The notes beneath the pieces are model-generated. The model was not told the origin of the DNA and made no database searches. It saw only the letters and a program-made list of their open reading frames with translations. The translations under genes and the position numbers were made by a program. From assembly GCA_041917695.1 (NCBI GenBank), contig JAYRXE010000033.1:38490-102489 (forward strand): 64,000 nt of DNA, given 5' to 3'. Of this stretch, positions 9,338 to 19,167 are shown piece by piece; positions within the stretch are counted from its first letter, which is position 1; every line of letters starts with the position of its first letter. This stretch comes from Minisyncoccota bacterium (GTDB lineage Bacteria; Patescibacteriota; Minisyncoccia; UBA6257; GWB1-50-10).

Positions 9338-12300
9338 ATGAAACTTTCAATTCTACATTTAAGTGACATTCACTTTAAAAATAACGGAATAAATTTTGTA
9401 AGTGAGAAAATCGAACAAATTGCAAGTGCAGTAGACGCAAATCTATTTCTTCAAAGCAGTGAGGTTTTGCTCATTGTTGTTACTGGTGATATAGCATTTT
9501 CAGGTAAAGTAGAAGAATATAACTTGGCAAAATCATTTTTTAATCGTCTTGAGAATTTACTGATTGAAAAATGCAAATTTGAGAAAATAGTAAAAGTAAC
9601 AGTTCCAGGCAACCATGATTGCGATTTTTCAAATAAAGAAACAACTTTAAGAGAAATGGTTTTATCAGATTTCCAAAAAAATTTGAAAGACCAGAAGAAA
9701 GTCGCTGAAGCAGTTAATTTCAGCACGAAAATTCAAGAAAACTACTTTGCATTTGAAGGAGAAATTGAAGGCACAGAGAATGAATTCCATTACTTGGCAA
9801 AATCAAGAAAAGTAAGTCACGGAAATTTTAATATTGAAATTAGAAAGTTCAACACTGCTTGGTGCTCAATGAGAAATGAGAATCAAGGCGGTCTCATATT
9901 TCCAGTTGGTTCACTTAATGAAATAAATTTTTCAGAAAATGCTGATCTGGTTATTTCACTTTTTCATCATCCCTATAATTGGCTTGAATCAAATAATTCA
10001 CGAGATTTCAAAAAATATATCGAGAAAAATTCCGACATAGTTTTAACCGGGCATGAACATATCGCTGACAATTATCAAAAACGCGGATATAAGGGCGAGG
10101 AACTCACATATATTGAAGGAGGTGTTTTACAAGATGGGAGCAAAAACAACAGTGCCTTTAACTTCATAAATATTGACCTCATGGAGAAAGCATTTTCTTT
10201 TAAACAAATGCTTTTTGTAGACGAGAGTTACCAAGAAGAAGATGTAAATGAAAAATGGATTGAATTTAAAAGAAACCCTCACCGATCAACCAACAATTTT
10301 ATTTTTACTCAAGAATTCGAAGCATTTCTCAAAGAACTAGGCATTGGTTTAACGCATAAAAAGAGAGAAGAAATATTTCTTGATGATTTATTTATCTTTC
10401 CAAACTTTGAAAAAAGAAAAATTAGTAAGAAGAATTTTAGCTTTAACAATGTAGAAATTGAGGGGAAAAAAATATTTGACGAGATAATTGAGGAAAAAAC
10501 ACTAATAATAAATGGAGAAGATAGCTCAGGAAAAACAACATTGGCAAAAAAGCTGATATTGGGATTAAATAAAGAGTTTGGATTTGTATCGGTGATGATC
10601 TCCGCTAAAATTATTTTTCAACTTAAAAATAATCAAATTAAAGAGAATATAGTCAGAGAGCTTGTCGAAAAACAATTCAAAAAACAATACAACAGGGATC
10701 AATTTGAAAAGTTTAAAAATCTTTCTTCGGACAAGAAAGTGATTATTATTGATGACCTTGATTTTGGACTTGGGAATTTAGAGAGGTTTTATCAGATTAT
10801 TCCCTTCTTGAAAAAGTCATTTGAAACAATATTAATTTTCTCAACAAAATATTTTGAATTAGGTGACTTGGTAATACACGCGCCCGAAAAGAACCCATTT
10901 TTCGGATTCACTCCTTTAGAAATTAAACCATTTGGACACTTATTGAGATCTAAATTGATCTCAAAATGGATTGATCTAGATTCTGATGAAATTTCTAGTA
11001 CTGACCGAGTTTACAAACAAAATAACCTTGAAAACACAATTACTGCCTTAATCAAGGAAGACATTTTACCATCTTACCCATTTGTTATTCTAACTCTACT
11101 CCAAAACTCCGAATTATCTAATAACCAGATAAACTCTTCTGGAACATATGCACATCTGTATACAGCATTAATTAATGCCTCACTTTTTCGTGAAAATTCC
11201 GATCCGGCACAAATAAGCATTAAGCTATCATTTCTCAGTTTTCTAGCATTTAGAATGTTTACTTATAAAACAGATTTTCTTTCTGAAGACCAAGTAACCA
11301 TTGTGATAGATGAGTTTAAAAATCGCTTTCATGTTACCTTCACCGAAGAGATGCTTAGAACACTGGAAAAATCAAAAATCCTGGAGAAGAGAAGTGAAGG
11401 TTTCAAGTTTGTGTATAGATACTGCTACTACTATTTCGTTGCCCAATACTTCCATGCAAATATTAGAAACAACGTAAATTCTGAACTGAAAAACATCCTT
11501 TTCAAAATGGTTAGCAAGACTTACTTTGATGACTATTTTCAAATTATATTGTTCTACATTTATCTTTCAACTGATCTTGAAGTGATTGATCGACTTATTC
11601 AAGAATCTGATACTTTTTTCACATCGTATAGTCAGTTTGACTTCAAAAACGACTTTTCTTTTATCAACGGAATCCTAAATAAACAGTTAGAAAAAGAGAC
11701 GCCAGTCCTTAATACAAATAATTCGATTAGCGATAACAGGGATAATCATCACAAGGAGCTAGATAAGCAAAAGAAAGAAGAGGATTCATCTTTAATAAAG
11801 CTAAGATCTGTTGACACCAATGAGCAGGAGTTTGAAATAAATGAACTATTAAAGGTTAATCTTTCACTTAGAAAGATTGACCTCCTGGGTCAAATTTTGA
11901 AAAATTTCCAAGGTTCAATTGAAGGTGACCTAAAAATTAAGATAACGACCTCGGCTTACTCCCTCGGACTTCGACTCTTAAAATATATCTTCACTTCATT
12001 TGAACAAAACTTCGATATCTATAAGGAATTTGTATCTTCCTTTGTAAACATGATTCTTCCGGATGAGAGTGAAACTAGAAGGAACGAACTGATTAACAAA
12101 TATATTATTTACTTTATGTCTCGCTGGTCTCATGGGATTGTGAAACGGTTATCTACTTCTTGTGGACATGAACAATTAAAAATGACCTATGAGGAGATTC
12201 AAAAACTCAGCAATAAGTCTAAAAATGAAATTCCCATAGCAGTTTCACTAATTCAACTTTCAATAAAATTAGATCATTTTAAGGGTACTCCGTTAGATGA

Positions 12301-12508
12301 AATGAAAAGGTTAAAAAATGATCTGAAGAATAATCCCTTTGCTAATCAAATATTACGTCAGCTTGTATATGACTATCTGTACTTATTCCCCTGTGAGGGT
12401 AGATTAGTACAACAAATTTCTGCTCACTTTGATATTAGACTTAATACTCATAAAGGGCTTCCGGATGGCCTTGTAAAGGAACAAAAATCCCAAAAAAAGC
12501 TTAGTTGA
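9338..12508 (+). CDS. Calcineurin-like metallophosphoesterase fused to a P-loop NTPase (STAND/AAA-like) with a ~500-aa helical C-terminus. Candidate single-gene defence/conflict protein; AT-rich.
   Basis: Phosphoesterase motifs LHLSDIHF, VTGDIAFSG, PGNHD, LFHHPYNW and TGHEH. Walker A INGEDSSGKTTLAKK. Walker B KVIIIDDLD followed by ILIFSTK. GC ~30%. AGGAG RBS. Confidence 0.65.
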   Translation: MKLSILHLSDIHFKNNGINFVSEKIEQIASAVDANLFLQSSEVLLIVVTGDIAFSGKVEEYNLAKSFFNRLENLLIEKCKFEKIVKVTVPGNHDCDFSNKETTLREMVLSDFQKNLKDQKKVAEAVNFSTKIQENYFAFEGEIEGTENEFHYLAKSRKVSHGNFNIEIRKFNTAWCSMRNENQGGLIFPVGSLNEINFSENADLVISLFHHPYNWLESNNSRDFKKYIEKNSDIVLTGHEHIADNYQKRGYKGEELTYIEGGVLQDGSKNNSAFNFINIDLMEKAFSFKQMLFVDESYQEEDVNEKWIEFKRNPHRSTNNFIFTQEFEAFLKELGIGLTHKKREEIFLDDLFIFPNFEKRKISKKNFSFNNVEIEGKKIFDEIIEEKTLIINGEDSSGKTTLAKKLILGLNKEFGFVSVMISAKIIFQLKNNQIKENIVRELVEKQFKKQYNRDQFEKFKNLSSDKKVIIIDDLDFGLGNLERFYQIIPFLKKSFETILIFSTKYFELGDLVIHAPEKNPFFGFTPLEIKPFGHLLRSKLISKWIDLDSDEISSTDRVYKQNNLENTITALIKEDILPSYPFVILTLLQNSELSNNQINSSGTYAHLYTALINASLFRENSDPAQISIKLSFLSFLAFRMFTYKTDFLSEDQVTIVIDEFKNRFHVTFTEEMLRTLEKSKILEKRSEGFKFVYRYCYYYFVAQYFHANIRNNVNSELKNILFKMVSKTYFDDYFQIILFYIYLSTDLEVIDRLIQESDTFFTSYSQFDFKNDFSFINGILNKQLEKETPVLNTNNSISDNRDNHHKELDKQKKEEDSSLIKLRSVDTNEQEFEINELLKVNLSLRKIDLLGQILKNFQGSIEGDLKIKITTSAYSLGLRLLKYIFTSFEQNFDIYKEFVSSFVNMILPDESETRRNELINKYIIYFMSRWSHGIVKRLSTSCGHEQLKMTYEEIQKLSNKSKNEIPIAVSLIQLSIKLDHFKGTPLDEMKRLKNDLKNNPFANQILRQLVYDYLYLFPCEGRLVQQISAHFDIRLNTHKGLPDGLVKEQKSQKKLS

Positions 12509-12736
12509 ACAGCTTTTAACCCTTTTGTTCTGAATAAGTTTGCTCGATTTCGATATTCATCTTTCAACAGAAGAATATATCTTTTAAAACGCCCTGATCG
12601 AAGCCCCCGCCTTCTCAGAGTCCGGCGCTTTGGAACGTGCCTCCGCCGCGCACTTCCCGTCGGTCTCCTCTTTTTCAGGAAAGTTCCCTCGATTCAGGAT
12701 TTTTGTTCGCACCCTGTCGATTCCCGTAGCTCATTC

Positions 12737-13157
12737 ATGGCCAGAACCAAGTCAGTTAAAGACACCACCGCTAACCTCGGCTTCGAAGCGAAACTGTGGC
12801 TCGCCGCCGACAAGCTCCGCAACAACATGGACGCGGCGGAGTACAAGCACGTCGTCCTCGGTCTCATCTTCCTGAAGTACATTTCGGATTCCTTCGCGGA
12901 GAACGTCTTCTGGGTCCTAAAAGAAGCCCGGTGGTCTGAGCTTCGGGCGAACGCCAAGCGGCCGACCATCGGGAAAATCGTGGATGTGGATGACGCGATG
13001 GTCTCCCTTGAGCGGGACAATATCAGGCTCAAGGGAGTACTTCCGAAGGATTACGCCCGGCCCGCGCACGACAAGCACCGGCTCGGCGAACTGATCGACC
13101 TGATTGGGACCATCGGCCTCGGCGACGCTGCCAACCGCGCCCAGGACATCCTCGGTC
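12737..13157 (+). pseudogene. hsdM: Type I restriction-modification methyltransferase HsdM, N-terminal ~140 aa only
   Basis: [25 protein letters not shown]...[28 protein letters not shown]...[12 protein letters not shown]...[15 protein letters not shown]...DILGR is the canonical HsdM N-terminus. The frame diverges after DILGR. Confidence 0.8.
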
Positions 13158-13337
13158 GCACAGGTTCGCAAGAGCGTCACCATCGACTGGACACTTCGGG
13201 AAAGCACCCGCGCCCAGATCAAGGTACGGGTGAAGCGGATCCTCAACAAGTACGGGTATCCGCCCGACTTGCAGGCCAAAGCCACGCAAACCGTCCTGAA
13301 ACAGGCGGAATTGCTCTCGGCAATGTGGTCAATTTGA
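13158..13337 (+). pseudogene. hsdR: Type I restriction enzyme HsdR, extreme C-terminal fragment fused to the hsdM fragment (deletion scar)
   Basis: [52 protein letters not shown] is the conserved HsdR C-terminal tail. It starts at the point where the HsdM frame breaks. Confidence 0.7.
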
Positions 13338-13366
13338 ACTGCGTCAAGACAAAGAGATGCTTTAAA

Positions 13367-13900
13367 ATGAAAACCAAATCTTATTTCTCCGTTGCATTCC
13401 TCATTCTGCCTTTTTTAACCATACCCGTTTTGAATATTTCACTTTCCGCGGCTAAGGCCCCTGCTGTCGCAGCGAACAGGACCGATACCGGACAAAAAGA
13501 GGAAGAAGACAAACTGTTTCCATATCCCATTCCTTTGGATCTTCCCATCCCGAAAAATTCCGAACGCCTTGGTCGTTCTTTTCAGTTTCAAACCCTCAGC
13601 TACACATTTGGATGTACTCAAAGCAGTTCCGATGTCATTACTTTCTATCGAGACCAACTACCGAAACTCGGATGGAAAACGACCGTGACTTCAGCAAGCG
13701 AAAATAAATTCGGTCCAATCCAAGTTCTTTCCGGCAAAAAAGAGGAGGAAGGTCTAAGAAAATCCTGTGAACTTACAATTGGACCAGTCACCCCCGGAAC
13801 TACCAAGGGTGGGGAATCCAGGGTCTCCAATCCCCCGTTTCAAAGCTATGTGAACATCAGGTACTCAGACCCTGCTCTTGTAGCTAAACCTGTAAACTGA
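13367..13900 (+). CDS. Secreted hypothetical protein
   Basis: ATG at 13367, [31 protein letters not shown] signal peptide. Lower GC than the flanks. Confidence 0.45.
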   Translation: MKTKSYFSVAFLILPFLTIPVLNISLSAAKAPAVAANRTDTGQKEEEDKLFPYPIPLDLPIPKNSERLGRSFQFQTLSYTFGCTQSSSDVITFYRDQLPKLGWKTTVTSASENKFGPIQVLSGKKEEEGLRKSCELTIGPVTPGTTKGGESRVSNPPFQSYVNIRYSDPALVAKPVN

Positions 13901-14079
13901 GATTGATCTTCGACAACTCGCCAGACGGCTGAAAGCGCCGGGCCGTTGGCGAAAAGCCAGGTTGGACCAGCAATCTGAACGAATGTTCCCACCGGAGACG
14001 GACAGACCGAGCGGGAACTCAATCCATCCACCATAAACTGTAAGTCATTAAATCAATTAGAAGACCTGAGAATCCATAC

Positions 14080-14859
14080 ATGGCTATGCTGAATAATCCA
14101 GACATCAATAGTCATTCACTACCTTGGGTGGATTATGATCAGGCCAACAAAATTATGGGCACGCTCTCCGATCTATTGACTTACCCCAAACAACGGAGAA
14201 TGCCATGCCTTTTCATCTCTGGGCCTGAAAGCAATGGTAAATCCGCCCTCATTTCACGTTTTTCCGAAGTCTACCCACCCCGAGCAGGTCGAAATCAGCC
14301 GCCGCTCCTTTGCTGTGAACTCCCGGAGAGACCCACCGAATCGAAGTTTTACGATTGCGTGTTGAGCGCGATGTGTCCCTCGATGAAGCTGCCCAGATCG
14401 GCTTCTGAAAAAGAGTACATGGTCCGCTCGATGCTTGATTCCACGGGCGTTGAAATGTTGTTCATTGATGCCTTTGAACGAATTCTCACTGCTCGCCCCC
14501 TGGATCGACGGGTACTTCTCAACGTCCTCAAGGTGGTAATCAACTTGACTGAGGTGATTGTTGTCGCCGTCGGAAGGCCGGATTCCGCCGACTTCCTTTT
14601 TGAAAATGACGAGATGTGTTCAAGGTTTCACCCGGTCGAGCTGCCGCTGTGGGAGGAAGGCGACGCCTATGTTCGGCTGTTTGCCGATCTTGAACGGGCC
14701 TCTGCGGCTCAATCAGGAAAGCAGCCATTTACGAATGATCCATTGGTTGCCGCTTCCTTGAGGTCTCGGGTACTTCAGATTACTGGTGGGCGGATTGGAG
14801 AGATCTCCAGGCTTGTATCTCTGGGCGGAGACCTGCTCGATTTTTTGGAAGGAAACTGA
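14080..14859 (+). CDS. tniB: TniB-type AAA+ transposition ATPase (Tn5053/Tn402-family); orphan with no adjacent tniA
   Basis: YPKQRRMPCLFISGPESNGKS aligns with TniB HPRIHRMPNLLIVGETNNGKT. MLFIDAFERIL...LLNVLKVV...VVAVG aligns with MLIIDEIHHIL...FLNVLKYL...IVGVG. CSRFHPVELPLW aligns with ANRFEPAVLPKW. GRIGEISRLV aligns with GTIGEMAKLL. Confidence 0.75.
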   Translation: MAMLNNPDINSHSLPWVDYDQANKIMGTLSDLLTYPKQRRMPCLFISGPESNGKSALISRFSEVYPPRAGRNQPPLLCCELPERPTESKFYDCVLSAMCPSMKLPRSASEKEYMVRSMLDSTGVEMLFIDAFERILTARPLDRRVLLNVLKVVINLTEVIVVAVGRPDSADFLFENDEMCSRFHPVELPLWEEGDAYVRLFADLERASAAQSGKQPFTNDPLVAASLRSRVLQITGGRIGEISRLVSLGGDLLDFLEGN

Positions 14860-14941
14860 ATTCAATTGCTATACTCTTTGCTGAAATTGAATGACCTTCT
14901 AAGGCAAAAATCTCCAGCTATTGACTTCGAAGTGACTGAAC

Positions 14942-15271
14942 ATGACCTATGCTGAATTTCATCGTCGATTTGAACAAGGTCTTTTGACGAATGACCGGAG
15001 TTCCTTGGTTAAACTTCTAGTCGAAACTAACGAGGTCCTTGTATCGCACCACTTACCCGATTTCGTCCATGATACTTGGGTCGATCAAGTCTGGAAGTTT
15101 TGCGATGACGTTCTGGACCACGGCCAGGCGGGCGAGGTCTTCTACCTCCATTGCGGAATTTCTCGAATCAGCGTTGGGTGGTTTCAGGGGAGACTCACCG
15201 TCGAACTGACCGAGAATTCTTCGGACAAAGCGAAGCGGGTGTGGAACGCGGAAACCGCGGCCACACCCTAA
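14942..15271 (+). CDS. Hypothetical protein, possibly a degraded tniQ-like remnant
   Basis: 109-aa ORF immediately downstream of tniB. No motif recognised. Confidence 0.25.
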   Translation: MTYAEFHRRFEQGLLTNDRSSLVKLLVETNEVLVSHHLPDFVHDTWVDQVWKFCDDVLDHGQAGEVFYLHCGISRISVGWFQGRLTVELTENSSDKAKRVWNAETAATP

Positions 15272-15363
15272 AAATTCCGGCCTGATTTTACATAAAAAGA
15301 ATTATCGGACAACGATCCATTCTCGCCCTAATTCTTTTTGAGTTTCCTATTTCTTAAAAAAAA

Positions 15364-15813
15364 TTAGTAAATTATCCCGTCTAATCTATACTGTTCAATT
15401 TTGACTTTAATTTTTTTAAACTCGTCGAATAAATAAGCTTCGAAAATAGAACTGTCCGTTCTTTTATTTTTGTAAAATTGTCTCAGATCGTGTACCGCAT
15501 AACACCAAAGGATTGCAACAACAACACAACCAAAAACCAAGAGAGAGAGGGCAAGGCACATGAGTGGGAGCATCAGTTCATTTCTCAGCCTATAACTTTC
15601 CAAAATAAAAAGAAAAATTGAAAGACTTAATAGTGTTGAAGCATTATAAAAGAATACCTTTTTATACTTCAAGCAATGGAAAATTTTTCTTTTCTCAAGA
15701 AAATTAACAAAGGTTTGAATTTCATTGATATCAAAATCAACAAAATTCTTGTGGAAGAATCCTCTCTTTAAAACACCTTGTTCGAAAATTTCATATTCAA
15801 ACATCTTAATCAC
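15364..15813 (-). CDS. Small membrane protein, AT-rich foreign gene
   Basis: Two hydrophobic helices (LLSLSIFLFILESY, LMCLALSLLVFGCVVVAILWCY). GC ~30%. Confidence 0.4.
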   Translation of the reverse strand: MIKMFEYEIFEQGVLKRGFFHKNFVDFDINEIQTFVNFLEKRKIFHCLKYKKVFFYNASTLLSLSIFLFILESYRLRNELMLPLMCLALSLLVFGCVVVAILWCYAVHDLRQFYKNKRTDSSIFEAYLFDEFKKIKVKIEQYRLDGIIY

Positions 15814-16017
15814 AACCCCACAAAGGAATTAAGTGAAATCCTCTTTCTCTAAGGATTTTCTCAAACCCTCAGAATGCTTCCTAAGACAACCAAGATCGAA
15901 TTCAGATTCTCTCCACGCAGGTAGCCGACGAGCATTTCGAGCAGGTCGAATGCAACACCAAAATGAAACCCTCGACCAAAGGCAGGCCGCATCCCCTCTT
16001 CTCGAAGGGCATTTCGT

Positions 16018-17931
16018 TCATTCACGGTCCACAAGAAAATTTCTTTCTAGCATGAAGCGATACATCTCTTCGGCATCGGCAAATTCGCACCAAACCGGTT
16101 TCCCGACGAATTCGATGGCGCAAAAAAGGCCAGTCTTCAGATTCAGCACGAACAGTTCCTCTCCATTCTGACCAAAGTAAATAAAGTCCCGTGAAAAATA
16201 CTCATTCAAATTTTGGTTCGCCTGTTGGATGGTTTCCTCAAAATCCGGTTCGGGTTTAATTGGCCAGATGGTCATCCCATCGAAATAAAAACCGTTCGTC
16301 TTCCTCAGAATTCGTTTGTAGGCATCCGGGAAGGGCTGGCCGAAGGCTTTGCTGAACCTGGTCTCAGCCAAAAGGATCTCTTCCTCGGTGCAGGGGCTGG
16401 GCTGGGCTTTCTCCCCCCATTCCGCCAGTTTCAGTTTCATAGCTTCAATTAACTCTTCAATCGACATAGCATCCGGAACACCCTCATCTGAAATGGGTTC
16501 AGCGGGATTCGCTACTACCTCGATGTTCAGGTGATACGCCTCGGCCACCGACTCAAGCAGCGCCCTTTCCTGTTCACTCACGCCCTTCTTGAACTCGGCC
16601 ATGATTTCCTCCTTGAGGGTTTCGAGGCTGCCGCGCTCGCGGCCCCGGAAATCGACCGTAACCGGCTTTCCTTCAAGGCGTGCGCGGACAAAGTCCTCGC
16701 CGGCACGCTTCGCCTGGGGACAATCGAAGCCGTTCCGGTAAATAACCCGCAATGCCAATTCCCTGAAGCGTTCGTTCGGCATGCGTTGGGCAATTGACCA
16801 CCGGATTTCGCCGGCAAGCGCATTATGAAAACTCCTGACGTCGTCCTGAGCGGCGTTCAGGTCGGAGAAGAAATCGCCTGAGTTATCGCCCGAGTACAGG
16901 CTCGAATCAAGATCGAGGTGATCGAGGGCTGGAAACTCACCGTTCAATCCTTCCATGAATAGCTTGATCCCCTTCTCGGCAATCAACTTGAGGTTCTGGC
17001 GAACGATACCTTTCCTCTCTTCAGGGAATTGGGCTTTCTCGGCTTTCAGGACGAACGGTGGTTCTCCTGGCCGCCGACTGACGAAAATGGGCCGATTCAG
17101 ATTCTCTCCACGCAGGTAGCCAGTCAGGTCCCGCTCAAGGAGTAACCACAACTGCCTTCCGGTCGATTCCGTTCGCGCGAGGACCGCCGGCTGCTGGTAC
17201 TTGTCGTCGTGCGCTCGATGCGAAATCAGGACGGCGAATTTCACTTCCGACGAGCCGGCTCGAACCGGCGTCAGTTCGTCGAGGGCGCCGACATCTTCCC
17301 TTTTTACGAACCGCTTCAGCGCGGCCTCAATCAATTTCGGGCTCGCGTCCCGCATTCGTTTGAAGAGTTCGATTGTCATTCGGACGTCGGCGCCGGCATC
17401 GTGTGCCTGCGAATCGTCGATCCCGTTCTCGACCGCCATCGCCCCCAACTTGAAGGTGGGCGTCCCGTCTTCCCGTGTCGGAAACTTCAGGGCCTTTGGC
17501 GCGAAGATTTTGAAAAGGGGGAGCATCGGAAGCACGTCCGCTCGACCGCACCCGTTGGCCCACTGGTGGGAGTACGGGTCGAGCAGGTTACGGTAAAACA
17601 GAAACCGCGACACCTGGTCATCGAATTGAAAAGAGTTGTAGCCAATGCTGATCGTATACGGTCGGTTGAATTCCTGGTGGATGCGGCAGGCAGCTTCGTA
17701 CTCGGTGATGCCGGTTCCAAGAACCTCTGGCGTCAGCCCCGTGACCTTCAGCGAAACGAGCGACGGAACGACATCGGGGCGTAACCTGATTCGAAACGAA
17801 TCCGCTCCGGTTTCCTCACCCGCCGCGCCAAGACGCACGGAAGCGAACTGGACCGGTTGATCGAAGACAACGTTCAGTCCGGTTGTTTCGTAGTCGTAGA
17901 AAAGGAACTGCTTCGAGGCTTGCGTCATCAT
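16018..17931 (-). CDS. sbcB: Exonuclease I (SbcB-like DEDDh 3'-5' ssDNA exonuclease) with a C-terminal SUKH/SMI1-KNR4-like domain
   Basis: FLFYDYETTGLNVVFDQPVQFASVR matches ExoI FLFHDYETFG..LDRPAQFAAIR. GYNSFQFDDQVSRFLFYRNLLDPY and SQAHDAGADV match the Exo II and III motifs. The ~150-aa tail FPDAYKRILRKTNGFYF...IYFGQNGEELFVL fits the SUKH pattern. Confidence 0.8.
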   Translation of the reverse strand: MMTQASKQFLFYDYETTGLNVVFDQPVQFASVRLGAAGEETGADSFRIRLRPDVVPSLVSLKVTGLTPEVLGTGITEYEAACRIHQEFNRPYTISIGYNSFQFDDQVSRFLFYRNLLDPYSHQWANGCGRADVLPMLPLFKIFAPKALKFPTREDGTPTFKLGAMAVENGIDDSQAHDAGADVRMTIELFKRMRDASPKLIEAALKRFVKREDVGALDELTPVRAGSSEVKFAVLISHRAHDDKYQQPAVLARTESTGRQLWLLLERDLTGYLRGENLNRPIFVSRRPGEPPFVLKAEKAQFPEERKGIVRQNLKLIAEKGIKLFMEGLNGEFPALDHLDLDSSLYSGDNSGDFFSDLNAAQDDVRSFHNALAGEIRWSIAQRMPNERFRELALRVIYRNGFDCPQAKRAGEDFVRARLEGKPVTVDFRGRERGSLETLKEEIMAEFKKGVSEQERALLESVAEAYHLNIEVVANPAEPISDEGVPDAMSIEELIEAMKLKLAEWGEKAQPSPCTEEEILLAETRFSKAFGQPFPDAYKRILRKTNGFYFDGMTIWPIKPEPDFEETIQQANQNLNEYFSRDFIYFGQNGEELFVLNLKTGLFCAIEFVGKPVWCEFADAEEMYRFMLERNFLVDRE

Positions 17932-18392
17932 TCGCTCCTTGATTGTTCAAACCAAACAGTCAGGCGGCGGCGGCCCTTCGGTTGCCGGGTCGTGTCTACA
18001 GGGTCTCGTCCAGTTCTCGCCCCGGCTGTCCCGGTAACTGATGACACCTGTGCCCATGCAAAACGGGCACTTCTCCGGCGAGTAGATTTGGGGCTGGACG
18101 ACCTCGAAAGCCCCGTCCTGGTCGCCTTCCGCGAGATCGTCCTGTTCAAAGAATGCCGTCTGCGTGTCGAGACGAAGCCGAGTTGTGATGTCGTCTCGAA
18201 CTTAGTGTCGCACTGTTCCATTGCTAAGAGGACGCCAAGTTGGGCTAAATCCGCGCCAGTTGTAGCGAGTCCCGTTTATTTTGAGAAATGACAAGCTTGG
18301 CCGGGCGGCGACTCGGTCGGGCGCGAAGGCAGGGAAGCAACGTGAAACAGGGGGGAGCGAAGGCCCCCTCCCCTTGGGTCGTCGGGATCAGA

Positions 18393-18980
18393 TCAGTTCA
18401 CCGCGAGAACCGGGACCTGGAACACATGCGAAGCGGCTTTCGCCATTGCGCTCGTCGAATACGCACCGTATGCCCGGTCGATGCTCTGGTTGTACTGGTG
18501 TGCAACCGTGTGCTGGTCCGCGCCGCTCGATCCCGCGAGCTGCGCGTCGATCACACGGCGGAATTCCGCGTTGGCCTTTTCCGGCAACGGCGTCACCCGG
18601 CGGGCGAGAATCGTCCCCGATGGAGACGCGACCAGGAACACATTCAGGATTTCGCGCTCCCCCGCCTTTCCCCGGTGGTCATATCTTTCTCGGAATTTCT
18701 CGTGATCGGGTCGAAACCGTTCAAGCGCCATCGAGAACGGTGCGTCCAGCCACGGCTGGTTTCCTGCCTTGAAGAGAAAAAACAAAACGCCGGAATACGA
18801 AAACAGGGCGACTTTGAACGATCCAAACTGGTACGCGACAAGTTCTTCGCGAGTTGGTTCCTTCAGAGCGACCAGGAGCCTCGGGCCGGGCAGGTCGAGA
18901 CTCGCGCGGACTTGCTCGCCGACAATCGAGCCCTCCGGAATGAGTTTGTCACCAATTTTGAAAATTTTTTCTTCACCCAT
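18393..18980 (-). CDS. Hypothetical protein
   Basis: 195-aa ORF with coherent GC and codon use. No motif. Confidence 0.35.
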   Translation of the reverse strand: MGEEKIFKIGDKLIPEGSIVGEQVRASLDLPGPRLLVALKEPTREELVAYQFGSFKVALFSYSGVLFFLFKAGNQPWLDAPFSMALERFRPDHEKFRERYDHRGKAGEREILNVFLVASPSGTILARRVTPLPEKANAEFRRVIDAQLAGSSGADQHTVAHQYNQSIDRAYGAYSTSAMAKAASHVFQVPVLAVN

Positions 18981-19167
18981 CGTCGGTGCTTTCTGTCATT
19001 ACAACCATAAAGTGGCAGTAAGTTTTCTACCAATTCAGCAAATGGCTGTAAAATTTTCTCATTTGTGCCAGTTTATGCCTGTTTTTTCTGCCATTTTATG
19101 GTGGTAATGACACTTTCTCATTTGAAGTATCCCGGCGGGACCATGATCCCGCCGGGCCGAACAGTGA

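Noticed and set aside
18288-19010. 240-aa plus-strand ORF
   Set aside because: It is antisense to and overlaps the 18393-18980 minus-strand ORF. Its composition is arginine-rich antisense-like.
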